A DNA stretch of 64,000 bases, from the NCBI GenBank assembly GCA_021801125.1, contig JAJYYI010000127.1:3835-67834 (forward strand), given 5' to 3'. The notes under the pieces are model-generated. The model was not told the DNA's origin and ran no database searches. It worked only from the letters and a program-made list of their open reading frames with translations. The stretch is from Deltaproteobacteria bacterium (GTDB lineage: Bacteria > Desulfobacterota > Binatia > Binatales > Binataceae). Every line of letters starts with the position of its first letter. The stretch's first letter is position 1. This document shows, piece after piece, positions 40,560 to 51,119 of this stretch. A program made the translations under genes and the position numbers.

Positions 40560-41396
40560 GTGGGACCGCTCCTGCGCCGCTGGCGAGAAGCGCGCCATCT
40601 GAGTCAGCTCGACCTCGTGCTGGAGGCGGCGGTGTCCGCGCGCCATATCAGTTTTCTCGAAACTGGACGGGCGCAGCCGAGCAGAGAGATGCCTTTGACG
40701 CCGGCCAACGTGCTCGACGTGCCTTTCCGCGAACGAAACTTCCTGTTGCTCGCGGCAAGCTACGTGCTGTTTTACGACGATACCGGTCTTGATCACCCGC
40801 GGATGGCCCACATGCGAAGCGTGGTCGACGCGACTCTAAAGGCGAACGACCCGCGCAGCGCAATAGCGCACGACCGTCACTGGAACATCGTGATGGCGAA
40901 CGAGGCCTTCGCTCGGTTCCTCACGGTCACCCTCGGTAAGAAACCGCCAGGGCTGGAGCCGCTGCAGGTCGCGGCGCATCCGCGCCTCAACTTGCTGCGT
41001 CGAATCTTCGACCTCAACGGTCTGCGCCGAAAGATCGTAAACTGGGAGCCGATCGCAAAATGGCTGCTCAACGAGGCCTACCGCCGTCTGGCATGGGCGC
41101 GAGAGGAAACGCTGAGGACGCTTATCGCCGAAATACTTAGCTACGTCGATGTCCCCTCGCGATGGCGCAAGCCCGACCTGGAGGCGCCGCATCAATTGAT
41201 CGTACCAATAGGGTTAAACCTGAACGGCGTGGTCGCTCGGATGTTCAGCACTGTCACCGCCGTCGCCAGCCCGCACGACGTCACGCCTCAGGAACTCCAC
41301 GTGGAGATTTTCTACGCGGCCAACGCCGAGAGCGAAAAGGCGTTGCACGCGTGCGAGAAACGAACGAGCGCCAGGCCCAAACAACTCCTCGAATGA
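40560..41396 (+). CDS. XRE-family HTH transcriptional regulator with an MmyB-like C-terminal ligand-binding domain.
   Basis: LRRWREARHLSQLDLVLEAAVSARHISFLETGRAQPS (HTH_XRE), then an MmyB-like ~170-aa domain. Confidence 0.75.
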   Translation: MGPLLRRWREARHLSQLDLVLEAAVSARHISFLETGRAQPSREMPLTPANVLDVPFRERNFLLLAASYVLFYDDTGLDHPRMAHMRSVVDATLKANDPRSAIAHDRHWNIVMANEAFARFLTVTLGKKPPGLEPLQVAAHPRLNLLRRIFDLNGLRRKIVNWEPIAKWLLNEAYRRLAWAREETLRTLIAEILSYVDVPSRWRKPDLEAPHQLIVPIGLNLNGVVARMFSTVTAVASPHDVTPQELHVEIFYAANAESEKALHACEKRTSARPKQLLE

Positions 41397-41520
41397 GACG
41401 CAGGCGGGCGCCGTGAGAACCCGTCTTTGAAGGCGAATCTTCGGACGTGATCGCTCGCGCGCGGGGATCATCAACCTAGCGCGCAACGAACCTGGCGCGC
41501 AACGCGCCGGCCACTAATCG

Positions 41521-41991
41521 CTAGGCATCAGCGCCCTTCTGATGAGCCCGCAGCAACAGGGCTACTCCGATTCCCCACGCGCCGTTTATCAAGAGCCCGG
41601 TTACCATCCGCGCCGCATGCCATCCAGCGGCTACCGGCAGGCCCTTCAAGGGAAAGACGACAAACCACGCCACCAGCGTTGGTCCAAGCGCACCGAACAG
41701 CAGCGCAAGAACCCAATACAAGCCGCCGACCGGAAACCATGGCTCGGCGGCCACAAAGGCGACGCCCCAAATTCCTCCCCAGAAGGCGAGCGACCACACC
41801 TGAGGCACACCCAGAGGCCATGTCGGCTGCATCGGAAACGGCTTGAAAGCGGCTATTCCCAGGGCGTCAAGCAGCGTGAGCATTCCCTGGTGGAAAACCA
41901 TCACCGCCAAGAATCCCGCCGCGAAACCCGCCAGGTATCGCGCAAGGCCCACCCCTGAACTCCGTTGAGAAGAAGAATGGCTCGTCGACAT
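41521..41991 (-). CDS. Hypothetical Trp-rich integral membrane protein.
   Basis: 156 aa with about four predicted TM helices. Confidence 0.5.
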   Translation of the reverse strand: MSTSHSSSQRSSGVGLARYLAGFAAGFLAVMVFHQGMLTLLDALGIAAFKPFPMQPTWPLGVPQVWSLAFWGGIWGVAFVAAEPWFPVGGLYWVLALLFGALGPTLVAWFVVFPLKGLPVAAGWHAARMVTGLLINGAWGIGVALLLRAHQKGADA

Positions 41992-42120
41992 AATCTTCCC
42001 CTACCCAACGTGGAATATTGTGATCATATAGAACTCCGCCTCTGTTAGGTATGAAAGACGTTGCCCTATTAACTGGCTCGCCCGAGCGCCGCCCAGCGCA
42101 TCAACGGCGCCGCGCCTCGG

Positions 42121-42807
42121 CTAAGCCTTGTCTTTTCCGACGAGGTCTGGGCGGCGCTGAGCGGTGCGCTTGCGCGCTTGTTCGTCGCGCCAGGCGCGTA
42201 TCTTCTGATGGTCACCGCCGAGAAGCACATCGGGCACGCGCTGCCCGCGAAATTCGCGCGGCTTTGTGTACTGCGGGTACTCGAGCGTCGGCCCGCTCAG
42301 GGACTCCTCTTTGAGCGACTCAGGATTTCCCACCGCGCCGGGCACCAGGCGGGTGACGGCCTCGATAATCACCAAGGCGGCCAACTCACCGCCGGCCAGC
42401 ACGTAGTCGCCAATAGAAAGCTCCTGGTCGGCCATGGTCCGGACCCGCTCGTCGATACCCTCGTAGCGGCCGGCGAGCAGGAGGAGGCCAGGTTTATGCT
42501 GGGCCAGGCGTTCCACCTTGGCTTGATTCAGCACCTCGCCCTGGGGCGTCAAAATGATGCGCCAGAGACCGGGCCGACGCTCCAAGGCGGCGTCAAAGGC
42601 TGCCGCGATCGGCTCCGGCCGCATCACCATGCCGTGCCCCCCGCCGTAGGGCGTGTCGTCCACCTGCCGATACCGGCCAAGACCGTAGTTGCGCAGCGAG
42701 TGAAGCACGACGCTGATTAAGCCTGCCTTGATCGCGCGCCCTATCAAACCGCAGCTAAGCGGCGAGTCGAACAAATCAGGGAACAGCGTTACGACATGAA
42801 ACTCCAT
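42121..42807 (-). CDS. trmD: tRNA (guanine37-N1)-methyltransferase.
   Basis: MEFHVVTLFPDLF...YGGGHGMVMRPEP...LLAGRYEGIDERV...SIGDYVLAGGELAA. Confidence 0.95.
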   Translation of the reverse strand: MEFHVVTLFPDLFDSPLSCGLIGRAIKAGLISVVLHSLRNYGLGRYRQVDDTPYGGGHGMVMRPEPIAAAFDAALERRPGLWRIILTPQGEVLNQAKVERLAQHKPGLLLLAGRYEGIDERVRTMADQELSIGDYVLAGGELAALVIIEAVTRLVPGAVGNPESLKEESLSGPTLEYPQYTKPREFRGQRVPDVLLGGDHQKIRAWRDEQARKRTAQRRPDLVGKDKA

Positions 42808-42849
42808 GGAACAAGAACGAACCGGGTCCGGGGTGCCGCTTAACTGGCC

Positions 42850-43407
42850 TTAGTCGAGCAGACCGGGGATAGGCTCGATTGTAACGACGCGATGTTCCAT
42901 GTCCATAGATTTGATGATCTCGTCGACCACCGGCAGCAAGAATTCTCTGCCCTCGCCTTGGACCACCCAAACATCGTGCGCGCCGGTGAAAAATGACTCT
43001 TTGATTCGGCCGATGGCGTGGCCGTTGACAGCGCGTACCTCGCAGCCAAGCGCCTCGAAGTAATAGAACTCATTCGGGGCAGTGGGAGGAAGGTCGCTGA
43101 CTGCAGCCAGCACTGGTGCCCCTCGCATCGCGGCGGCCGCGTCGCAGTCGTTCAGCTCGCACAATCGAACCTTGAAGTGCCCGCGGCCGAGCCTCGCCGC
43201 ATGTACTACACGGTACTCCCGCGTTTGATTGTCCCGCGCTAAGAAGAGACGATGCAAAGTCTCCAGCGCAGAGGCATCGGGGTTATCGCACCTGATTTTA
43301 AGGTCTCCGCGCAGGCCATGAGGCGCCTGCACCGTGCCGAGTCGCACCAGCCTTGGCGGGCCGTCAATGCGCTTGCGCTGCGGTGCGCGGAGCCGGGAGG
43401 TCACCAA
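42850..43407 (-). CDS. rimM: 16S rRNA processing protein RimM.
   Basis: LVRLGTVQAPHGLRGDLKI...EFYYFEALGCEVRAVNGHAIGRI...PVVDEII. Confidence 0.9.
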   Translation of the reverse strand: MVTSRLRAPQRKRIDGPPRLVRLGTVQAPHGLRGDLKIRCDNPDASALETLHRLFLARDNQTREYRVVHAARLGRGHFKVRLCELNDCDAAAAMRGAPVLAAVSDLPPTAPNEFYYFEALGCEVRAVNGHAIGRIKESFFTGAHDVWVVQGEGREFLLPVVDEIIKSMDMEHRVVTIEPIPGLLD

Positions 43408-43415
43408 GGAAGCGA

Positions 43416-43652
43416 TTATTTCTCCTCGATGATCTCCAATACAACCTTGCGATTGGTACGCGAGGCGACCGCGTTGAGGATCGTCCGGATCGACTTGGCG
43501 GTGCGCCCTTGCTTGCCAATCACGCGTCCAAGGTCCTCTTTGGCCACGCGCAACTCGAGGACCGAAGCGGTGTCACCTTGTGTCTCGGTTACCTGCACCG
43601 CGTCAGGGTTGTTAACCAGTTGCTTGGCCAGGAACACCACTAGTTCCTTCAT
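43416..43652 (-). CDS. KH-domain RNA-binding protein (YlqC / UPF0109).
   Basis: [20 protein letters not shown]...[26 protein letters not shown]. Confidence 0.8.
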   Translation of the reverse strand: MKELVVFLAKQLVNNPDAVQVTETQGDTASVLELRVAKEDLGRVIGKQGRTAKSIRTILNAVASRTNRKVVLEIIEEK

Positions 43653-43932
43653 CTTCGGCTCCAGTTAGGGTGGATTTAGGCTTCGGCGCGGGCATCAGCT
43701 GTGCCTTTGCGATCAGATCGACCACGGTCTCGCTCGGCTTGGCGCCCGAGCGCAGCCAGCGCTCTAGCAACTCATTTTTGATGGCTATCGCGGGTGGATC
43801 GGGATTTGGGTCATAAGTACCAACCAGGTCAACGAACCGCCCATCCCGCGGGGCGCGTGAATCCGCAACTACGATTCTATAAAAGGGCCGCTTGCGCGCT
43901 CCATGACGGCGCAAACGGATTACCAGAGACAT
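43612..43932 (-). CDS. rpsP: 30S ribosomal protein S16 with a C-terminal extension.
   Basis: [42 protein letters not shown]. Its 3' end overlaps the KH-protein ORF by 41 nt. Confidence 0.9.
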   Translation of the reverse strand: MSLVIRLRRHGARKRPFYRIVVADSRAPRDGRFVDLVGTYDPNPDPPAIAIKNELLERWLRSGAKPSETVVDLIAKAQLMPAPKPKSTLTGAEDEGTSGVPGQATG

Positions 43933-43959
43933 TTATACTTTCTCCTTCATTAGCTTCGG

Positions 43960-45300
43960 TTAACCACCGAGGCCGAGGCTTCGGGCCAATCCCTTGCCTC
44001 CGCCCATCTTGGTGATTTTCTTCATCACCTTGCGAGTCTGCTCAAACTGCTTTATAAACCGGTTGACTTCTTGCACCGACACGCCGCTACCCGCAGCTAT
44101 TCGGCTGCGGCGCGAAGCATTGAGCAGCGCATGGTTGCGCCGTTCCTGCGGCGTCATCGAGTCGATCATGGCGCGTATCCGCACCAAGTCGCGCTGGGCG
44201 GCGGACGAGTCGGCTTGCGCGGCGATTTTCTTGAAGCCCGGGATCATTCCGAGAAGTTCGCCAAGCGAACCCATTTTCTCGATCGTCTTCATCTGCGCGG
44301 CGAAATCTTCCAGGGTGAACTCGTTCTTGCGTAGTTTGCGCTCCAGCTGCTTGGCCTGGGCCTCGTCGTAGTTGCGTTGAGTTCGCTCGACCAGCGTCAG
44401 GATATCGCCCATCCCGAGGATGCGCGTGGCGAGGCGATCGGGATGGAAGATCTCGAACGCCTCCAGCTTTTCGCCGGTCGCGGCAAACAGAATCGGCGCG
44501 CCGGTGATCAGGCGAATCGACAGAGCGGCGCCACCACGGGCGTCGCTGTCCAGCTTGGTCAGAATGAGTCCCGAGAGAGTGAGCCGTTCATGAAAGCCGC
44601 GCGCCACGTTGGCCGCTTCCTGGCCGGTCATCGCGTCGGCGACCAGAATGATATGGTGCGGCTGGACCAGCGCCTTAAGCCGCACCAACTCGTCCATCAG
44701 CTCTTCGTCGATCTGGAGCCGGCCGGCGGTATCAAAAATCACCGCATCGTTTCCGCGAACCTGGGCTTGCACCAACGCGCGCGAAGCGATCTCCAGTGGC
44801 GCTTCCTGCTCCGACGCCTCAAGTACCGCAACGCCTATCTGGGCGCCGAGCACGCGCAACTGTTCGATCGCCGCAGGTCGATAGACGTCCAAGGGCGCCA
44901 ACATCGGATGGCGCCCCGCTTCAGCCTTGAGCCATCTCGCCAACTTCGCCGCCGAAGTGGTCTTACCGCAGCCCTGCAGTCCGACCAGCATGATTTTTAC
45001 CGGCGGCTTGAACTTGAGCTCCAGAGGCTGCGCCTGCCCGCCCATCGCGCGGCGCAACTCCTCGTAAACGAACTTTATGAAGTGCTGCTCGCGGGTCAGC
45101 GATTGCAGCACCTTCTGCCCGAGTGCCTCCCTGCGGACGTGCTCGATAAATTCGCGCACGACCTTCAGGTTAACGTCGGCGTCTAGGAGGGCGAGCCTTA
45201 TCTCGCGAAGCGCGTCCTCGATGTTGCGCTCCGTGATACGGCCTTGGCCGGAAAGATTTTTGAAAAGCGCTTCGAAGCGCTGGGTCAGATTCTCAAACAT
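43960..45300 (-). CDS. ffh: Signal recognition particle protein Ffh.
   Basis: GLQGCGKTTSAAKLA, DTAGR, C-terminal M-domain. Confidence 0.95.
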   Translation of the reverse strand: MFENLTQRFEALFKNLSGQGRITERNIEDALREIRLALLDADVNLKVVREFIEHVRREALGQKVLQSLTREQHFIKFVYEELRRAMGGQAQPLELKFKPPVKIMLVGLQGCGKTTSAAKLARWLKAEAGRHPMLAPLDVYRPAAIEQLRVLGAQIGVAVLEASEQEAPLEIASRALVQAQVRGNDAVIFDTAGRLQIDEELMDELVRLKALVQPHHIILVADAMTGQEAANVARGFHERLTLSGLILTKLDSDARGGAALSIRLITGAPILFAATGEKLEAFEIFHPDRLATRILGMGDILTLVERTQRNYDEAQAKQLERKLRKNEFTLEDFAAQMKTIEKMGSLGELLGMIPGFKKIAAQADSSAAQRDLVRIRAMIDSMTPQERRNHALLNASRRSRIAAGSGVSVQEVNRFIKQFEQTRKVMKKITKMGGGKGLARSLGLGG

Positions 45301-45448
45301 CCGCGCTGCCCAAAAAATGACCTAGGTCGCTAGCTAAGACGCCGACCTCGTAAACCGGAAGCACCAAAACAAACCCAAAAGGAAAATAACCCAATACTAG
45401 CAAAGCGCCGCTCTCATGCTAGAGGCGTGTTTGTCCAAACGGCACGCT

Positions 45449-45904
45449 TCATGCCCTGCCACGAATCGCCCAAGTTGAGCTCGCCGCCAGGGCTTTCTGC
45501 CCGTCGGCCGACGAAACCAATGCCTCGAGGAAGGCAAGCCCCCGCGAACGATGAACCACGCGGGCCGAACCCTCGATCGGGCCGGGCGCCAAGGCGCGCA
45601 TGAAGGCGAGCTTGACCTCGATAGTCACCGCCCACTCGCCTTCGTCCAGCACGGAGGCGATAGCGGTCGCGAACAACTCGTCTGCAAATACCCCCAAATA
45701 CCCTCCCTGGATCGTCCCAAAATGGTTAAGTACGCTGGACGGCTGCTCGTCCCAAGTCCATCTCGACGCGCCGACCTCGAAGCTCGCCGGACGCATTCCA
45801 AGCTTAAGGTTTTCCGAACGATAACGCCCAATCTCCCCTTCGCGGACCACCCGGTTAAGCTCGCTCAGCGCCGAAAAATGCTTTTTCTCCGAAGCCCGGC
45901 TCAT
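45449..45904 (-). CDS. PaaI-family hotdog-fold thioesterase.
   Basis: HFGTIQGGYLGVFADELFATA...TIEVKLAFMRA. Confidence 0.8.
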   Translation of the reverse strand: MSRASEKKHFSALSELNRVVREGEIGRYRSENLKLGMRPASFEVGASRWTWDEQPSSVLNHFGTIQGGYLGVFADELFATAIASVLDEGEWAVTIEVKLAFMRALAPGPIEGSARVVHRSRGLAFLEALVSSADGQKALAASSTWAIRGRA

Positions 45905-46235
45905 TGGCGGTCAGGCTGATTAACATAGCGGAATGCCCGGTGAAGCGTAAGCTCCAAAAAACCGGGGCTTCCGTCTCGGGCAAAAGACGGAACCAATTGA
46001 TGACGGTTGGCCGGATAATGCCTTACCCGGGTATCGAGCGGTTCGACGCCCTGAGACCAATCTCGGGGCCGGACAACGCGACGTACGGCGCCGCAGATCG
46101 ACGAGGAATCCTTCGAGAAGAACTACCTGCCTTTAACACACCGAATCGTGGCGACACGTCCGGGCATCACCGGTAAATGCGCCAATGCAGACTCGCACGA
46201 GGCAACCGCTTATCCGATTCTCCGCCAGAGATCGA

Positions 46236-47798
46236 TCAGCCATGCGCTCGATCAAGCGACCGATATTGGATTGCTTCGCTGACGTGATGGGCTTCGATTT
46301 GGGATGCACTGTCCAGGTCGGCAATGGTGCGTGCCACTTTCAAAATTCTAGCATAGGCCCGCGCGCTAAGGCCAAGTCGATTGATGGCCAACTCCAGCAA
46401 CCGCTCGCCGGCGCGATCAACTTGGCAAAACTCGCGAACCTCTCGCGCACGCATCTGGGCATTGCAGAAAAGTCCTCGTTCGGCGAAGCGCTGCACCTGC
46501 ACGCGACGCGCCGCGTCGACCCGTTCGCGGATGGCGGCTGAACTTTCGCCTTCTCTGCGATCCGTTAGCTCCTTGTATCTTACCGCCGGAACCTCGATGT
46601 GGATATCGATCCGGTCCAGCAGCGGCCCGGAGATACGCGAGCGGTAGCGCTGAATCATGATCGGCGTGCAAGTGCATTCATGCTGCCGGTCAGTGTAGAA
46701 GCCGCACGGACACGGGTTCATCGCGGCAACCAGCATCACGTTGGCGGGAAACGTCACGGTCCCCATGACGCGCGCGATGGTGATTCGGCTCTCTTCAAGC
46801 GGCTGGCGCAGCACCTCCAAAACATTTTTTCGGAACTCGGGCAGTTCGTCGAGAAACAGCACGCCGTGGTGAGCCAAGCTGACTTCGCCGGGCCGCGGCA
46901 GCGGACCGCCGCCGACCAGGCCGGCGTCCGATATAGTGTGATGGGGCGCGCGGAACGGACGCGTCGCAATCAGCGCTCGACCATCCATCAGGCCCGCCAC
47001 GCTATGCACCTTGGTGGTTTCGATAGACTCCTCGAAGGTCATCGCCGGCAGGATCGTGGGAATTCTCTTAGCGAGCATCGTTTTCCCCGCCCCAGGCGGA
47101 CCGATCATGAGCACGTTATGGCCGCCGGCGGCGGCGACTTCGATCGCCCGCTTAGCCTGCTCCTGTCCCCGGACCTCGTTAAAGTCTAAGTCATACAGCG
47201 CGGCGCTCTCGAAGAGTTGCGTGAGCTTAACCTGAGTTGGCTGAAGCTCTCTAAGGCCGTCAAAGAACTCCACGGCCTCGCTCAGGTTATTAACCGCCAG
47301 AACCGATGTCGGCTCGCCGACAACCGCCGCTTCCTGCGCGTTTTCCTGGGGAAGCACCACGCCGGAATATCCGCCGGCGCGCGCCAGCAGCGCGGTGGGC
47401 AAGGCGCCACGGATACTTTTGACCCGTCCGTCGAGGGCAAGCTCGCCGACAACCAGATATTGCCTGAGCCGGTCGGCCTTGATGACGCCTGAAGCGGCCA
47501 GGATCCCCAGGGCGATAGGCAGGTCGAATCCCGAGCCTTCCTTGCGTGTATCCGCGGGCGCGAGATTGATCGTAATCTTGCGATTGGGAAACTCAAAGCC
47601 GGAGTTCTTGATCGCCGACTTAACTCGTTCCTGAGCCTCTCGCACCGCACCTTCCGCGAGGCCGACGGTCTTAAGCCCGGGCAAGCCACTGCTCAGGTCT
47701 ATTTCGACCTCCACCGGGTAGGCATCAACTCCGAACAATGCGGTTGATAAAGTGCTGGCGAGCACAGAAAATCGCCGCTCCCCACTCAAGAAAGACAA
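46236..47798 (-). CDS. comM: YifB/ComM family Mg-chelatase-like AAA+ ATPase.
   Basis: Lon-protease-like N-domain, Walker [12 protein letters not shown], and the C-terminal ChlI domain. Confidence 0.9.
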   Translation of the reverse strand: MSFLSGERRFSVLASTLSTALFGVDAYPVEVEIDLSSGLPGLKTVGLAEGAVREAQERVKSAIKNSGFEFPNRKITINLAPADTRKEGSGFDLPIALGILAASGVIKADRLRQYLVVGELALDGRVKSIRGALPTALLARAGGYSGVVLPQENAQEAAVVGEPTSVLAVNNLSEAVEFFDGLRELQPTQVKLTQLFESAALYDLDFNEVRGQEQAKRAIEVAAAGGHNVLMIGPPGAGKTMLAKRIPTILPAMTFEESIETTKVHSVAGLMDGRALIATRPFRAPHHTISDAGLVGGGPLPRPGEVSLAHHGVLFLDELPEFRKNVLEVLRQPLEESRITIARVMGTVTFPANVMLVAAMNPCPCGFYTDRQHECTCTPIMIQRYRSRISGPLLDRIDIHIEVPAVRYKELTDRREGESSAAIRERVDAARRVQVQRFAERGLFCNAQMRAREVREFCQVDRAGERLLELAINRLGLSARAYARILKVARTIADLDSASQIEAHHVSEAIQYRSLDRAHG

Positions 47799-47939
47799 CG
47801 CGATAGTACAACGGAAGCGGCCATTCGAGCAGGCTGCTTAATCCGAAAGTACCAGGCGAGCGTTAGACCTCTTTGGTGGCAGCTGCCAACCCTCGACCGG
47901 CGCGCCTGAGACGCGGCACGCCTAAGATGTCGCTGCCAG

Positions 47940-49151
47940 TTATTGCCATATCGCGCCGGCAGCCGCTAAGGCGTCGCGCTCACCGCGCGTAAGCCCGAGC
48001 ACTTCCCCCAGCACGTAATCGTTATCGTCACCGACGTCCGGCGTGCATCGCGCCTTTGGTAAAGGCGCGTCGGAAAGCCTGAACGGCACGCCTGTCACCC
48101 GCAGCGCCGAACCGTCGGGCAGCGTGACGGGCATCCAAAAGCCGCGCGCCTCTAGCTGCGGATTGCGCGCGCATAAATCAGCCCCGTTCGCGACCAAGCC
48201 GGCGGCCACGCCGTGGCGCTGCAGAAGCTCCATAGCCTTCACGGCGTCATGCGCGCGCGTCCATCGTTCCACATGCGCGTCGAGTTCCGTACGGTTGCGC
48301 ATGCGCAAGAACAAGCTCGCGAACTTTGGCTCGACGGCCCACGCCGGCGAGCCTATCGCGTTTACGAACGCTCGCCATTCGGAGTGTGTGCGCACCGAAA
48401 GCGCTAGCCACCGGTCGTCATCTTCCGCCAGCGAGCGACAGCGGTAAACCCCGTGCGGCGCCGCGGGCCCCTCGGGCATGCTCGTCGCTTGAGGACTTTG
48501 GCTGCGCTCATTAACCGAGCTATCCAACAACGCAGGCCCGATTACGGCGGCCAAGCTTTCAAACTGGGAGAGATCGATGAACTGACCGCGGCCGGTCTTC
48601 TTGCGATGCCATAGCGCGAAGAGCGCCGCCAGCGCGCCGCTGTAGCCGCCCGCCATGTCAGCATACGAATAGCCGTAACCGGCCGGCTCCCCGCGCCGGC
48701 TCGCCATCATTAATGTAAATCCTGCAAGCGCTTGCAGCGTCGGACCATAGCTGACGTAGTTGGCACGAGGGCCGCTATGCCCGAAGCCGGACATGCTGAT
48801 GCATATAATGTCCGACTTGACCCTCGTAAGGCTTTCATAATCCATTCCCCACTGCTTCATCACACGAGCGGAGAAATTGTCGATCACGATATCGCTCTTG
48901 GCGACCAGCCGGCGCGCCAGTTCCACCCCTTGGGCCGTCGCCATATTGATCGCCACTGAGCGCTTGGAGCGATTGATATCACCCTGCAGCCCGGTTCGAC
49001 GCGGCCCGAGCGCGTCGGCGCCTTCGATCTTACGCTCGATCTTGATCACCTCCGCGCCTTGGTCGGCGAGGATTCGCGTGGCGACCGGGCCCGCCACCAC
49101 CCAGGTAAAGTCGGCCACGCGCACACCCTCCAGTGGAGCACGCCGTTGCAT
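47940..49151 (-). CDS. CoA-transferase family III (CaiB/BaiF).
   Basis: GVRVADFTWVVAGPVATRILADQGAEVIKIE. Confidence 0.85.
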   Translation of the reverse strand: MQRRAPLEGVRVADFTWVVAGPVATRILADQGAEVIKIERKIEGADALGPRRTGLQGDINRSKRSVAINMATAQGVELARRLVAKSDIVIDNFSARVMKQWGMDYESLTRVKSDIICISMSGFGHSGPRANYVSYGPTLQALAGFTLMMASRRGEPAGYGYSYADMAGGYSGALAALFALWHRKKTGRGQFIDLSQFESLAAVIGPALLDSSVNERSQSPQATSMPEGPAAPHGVYRCRSLAEDDDRWLALSVRTHSEWRAFVNAIGSPAWAVEPKFASLFLRMRNRTELDAHVERWTRAHDAVKAMELLQRHGVAAGLVANGADLCARNPQLEARGFWMPVTLPDGSALRVTGVPFRLSDAPLPKARCTPDVGDDNDYVLGEVLGLTRGERDALAAAGAIWQ

Positions 49152-50353
49152 CAGATCACTCCTTGAACGGAGAGCGCGGCTAACTCGTCGGGCGAGAGCC
49201 CAAGCTCGTCACGCAAGATTTCACCCGTATGCTCGCCCAGCAGCGGAGGCCGACGATAAACTTTGCCCGCGGTTGCCGAGAACATGTAGGGTGCGCCCGG
49301 ATAGCGCAACTTACGCCCAAGTTCCGGATGCTCGACCTCGAAAAAGAATCGGCGCGAGAGAAGCTGCTCGTCATCAAGCAACTCTTCGGGAGCTTGCACG
49401 CTGGCGTAGGGTATGCGCAGCGCTTGCGCTCGCGCAAGCAGCTCGTCTCTGAAATACGGTCGCACCCATTGGTCCAGAATGTCGAACAGGCGCTCAGCGC
49501 GTTCCTTGCGGTAGGTGACTTCTTCCCATTGCGGACCGGTCAGTTCCTGCGCCGCGCCGTCCCCCGCGACCCATTCGACCAACGAGGTCCAGTCGCCCAG
49601 CGTGCAATGCATCACGTAGCCGTCGCGGCATCGCCCGACCCTGAAATAGCGCGTCCAATGCAGACTTCCGCGCCGCTGCTGCACGACTCCGTCGCTCATG
49701 TAGCTGGGGGCGACATGCTCCACTGCGCTCGCCGTAGCCTCTAGAATGCTCACGTCCACCCATTGGCCAACTCCGTCGCGCTCGCGCGCCAGCAACGCAC
49801 ACATCGTTGCGATCGCGCCGTAGTAGGCGCCGCTGTGATAGGCCTGGAGCCCCAAAGGACGCACCGGCGCCTCCTCGGGAAAGCCGTTGACGTAGATCAT
49901 CCCGCCAAGCGCGGTCAAAACCAGGTCGTCGGCCTTGTAGTCACGCCATGGCCCGCTTTGCCCAAAAGGAGAGATCGAGCACAGCACAAGGCTGGGATTG
50001 AGCCGATGCAGGTCTGCCCAGCCCAGGCCCACCCGTTCCATATAGCCTGGGGCGAAGCTTTCGATCACCACGTCGGCCGAGCCGGCCAGCGAGCGCAAAA
50101 GCTCGATACCGCGCTCGTGGCTCAAGTCGAGCGTAAGGGAGCGCTTGTTAAGGTTGTAATTCCAGAAAAAGAGGCTGCGGTCGCGATGCGGGCGGTCGTC
50201 AAGAAACGGACCGATACGACGCGAGTCGGCGCCATCCGGCGGCTCGACCAATATAACGTCGGCGCCCATGTCGGCGAAAAGCTTGCCGCATAGCGCCGCA
50301 CGCCGGTCCGTGAGATCTAAAACCCGTAGCCCAGCAAGCGCGCTCATGGTCAC
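49151..50353 (-). CDS. CoA-transferase family III (CaiB/BaiF), second paralog in tandem.
   Basis: GLRVLDLTDRRAALCGKLFADMGADVILVEPP. Its stop overlaps the start of the downstream paralog. Confidence 0.85.
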   Translation of the reverse strand: MTMSALAGLRVLDLTDRRAALCGKLFADMGADVILVEPPDGADSRRIGPFLDDRPHRDRSLFFWNYNLNKRSLTLDLSHERGIELLRSLAGSADVVIESFAPGYMERVGLGWADLHRLNPSLVLCSISPFGQSGPWRDYKADDLVLTALGGMIYVNGFPEEAPVRPLGLQAYHSGAYYGAIATMCALLARERDGVGQWVDVSILEATASAVEHVAPSYMSDGVVQQRRGSLHWTRYFRVGRCRDGYVMHCTLGDWTSLVEWVAGDGAAQELTGPQWEEVTYRKERAERLFDILDQWVRPYFRDELLARAQALRIPYASVQAPEELLDDEQLLSRRFFFEVEHPELGRKLRYPGAPYMFSATAGKVYRRPPLLGEHTGEILRDELGLSPDELAALSVQGVI

Positions 50354-50362
50354 GCTGAAGAT

Positions 50363-50617
50363 TCAATCTCGCCTGGACCGATCAAGCGCGGGAGGCTCCG
50401 GCGCGAAAAAAGGGCTAAAGTCGAGCGTGGGCTTAATCTCCTCGAGCTTTTTCCCCTTGGGATCAGTGCGTTCCCCGCCCCGTACGCGGATGGTCTCGAA
50501 GGTATCCGGATTGACCCATCGCACCCCCATCGCGCACGGTTTGGCCTGACCCGCTTCGTCCACCGGTTCCAGTGCGCGCCCTTCATGATCGAAGAACGTT
50601 ACAAGCCGCAGTGCCAT
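50363..50617 (-). CDS. Hypothetical small protein (84 aa), first gene of the CoA-transferase operon.
   Basis: GC-rich, coding-like ORF 10 nt upstream of the CoA-transferase gene. I recognise no family. Confidence 0.35.
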   Translation of the reverse strand: MALRLVTFFDHEGRALEPVDEAGQAKPCAMGVRWVNPDTFETIRVRGGERTDPKGKKLEEIKPTLDFSPFFAPEPPALDRSRRD

Positions 50618-50771
50618 GATTTCAATTGTTGCTAACTTGAAAGCAGTTAGTGTCAGCGTCTTTACTATTAATAGCTTTAGGCAACCACCCGTTTCAATCC
50701 GCCCGATTCCCGCTGCCCGTTCTGCAGTCCCGCCGCACCGGGGAATGATTCAAGTATTCGCCACGATTCTG

Positions 50772-50804
50772 TTAAACTGGCCCTCGTTCGTCAGGCCAGT
50801 TTAA
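50772..50804. promoter_or_regulatory. 11-bp inverted repeat TTAAACTGGCC-n11-GGCCAGTTTAA in the divergent intergenic region between the CoA-transferase operon and ileS. Candidate operator or RNA hairpin.
   Basis: Read directly. Confidence 0.3.
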
Positions 50805-51119
50805 GCGCTTCGAGCGCAAACGTGGAATTTGCCAAAGAGCGCTTGCCGCGCGGCTTGCGAAGCGCGCATACGCCGCGGTTCGTTTTAGCCTTGCCTAGAG
50901 AACGGCCTGCCGGACGAACGCTTCGGGCCTAACATTCAGCGTAACCCGGCCCTTAGCTCCGGTACAGGCGGCGTGTTAGAGCTGGTGCGCACGCGTTGCC
51001 GATTAACAGGGATGGTTAGTTTCGGCGTGAGATCACCGATTGAAGCCCGATAACTTGATTCGAAGGCGCGTCGCCGACTACGCTCCCACAATCTCATCCA
51101 TGCCGTAAGTTCGAGTACC

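Noticed and set aside
44377-45186. 269-aa plus-strand ORF.
   Set aside because: It is antisense to ffh.
49229-50293. Plus-strand ORFs of 171 aa and 176 aa.
   Set aside because: They are antisense to the second CoA-transferase gene.
50618-51119. Possible T-box leader upstream of ileS.
   Set aside because: No AGGGTGGNACCGCG T-box sequence or specifier-loop architecture was found. Only the short inverted repeat reported above is present.
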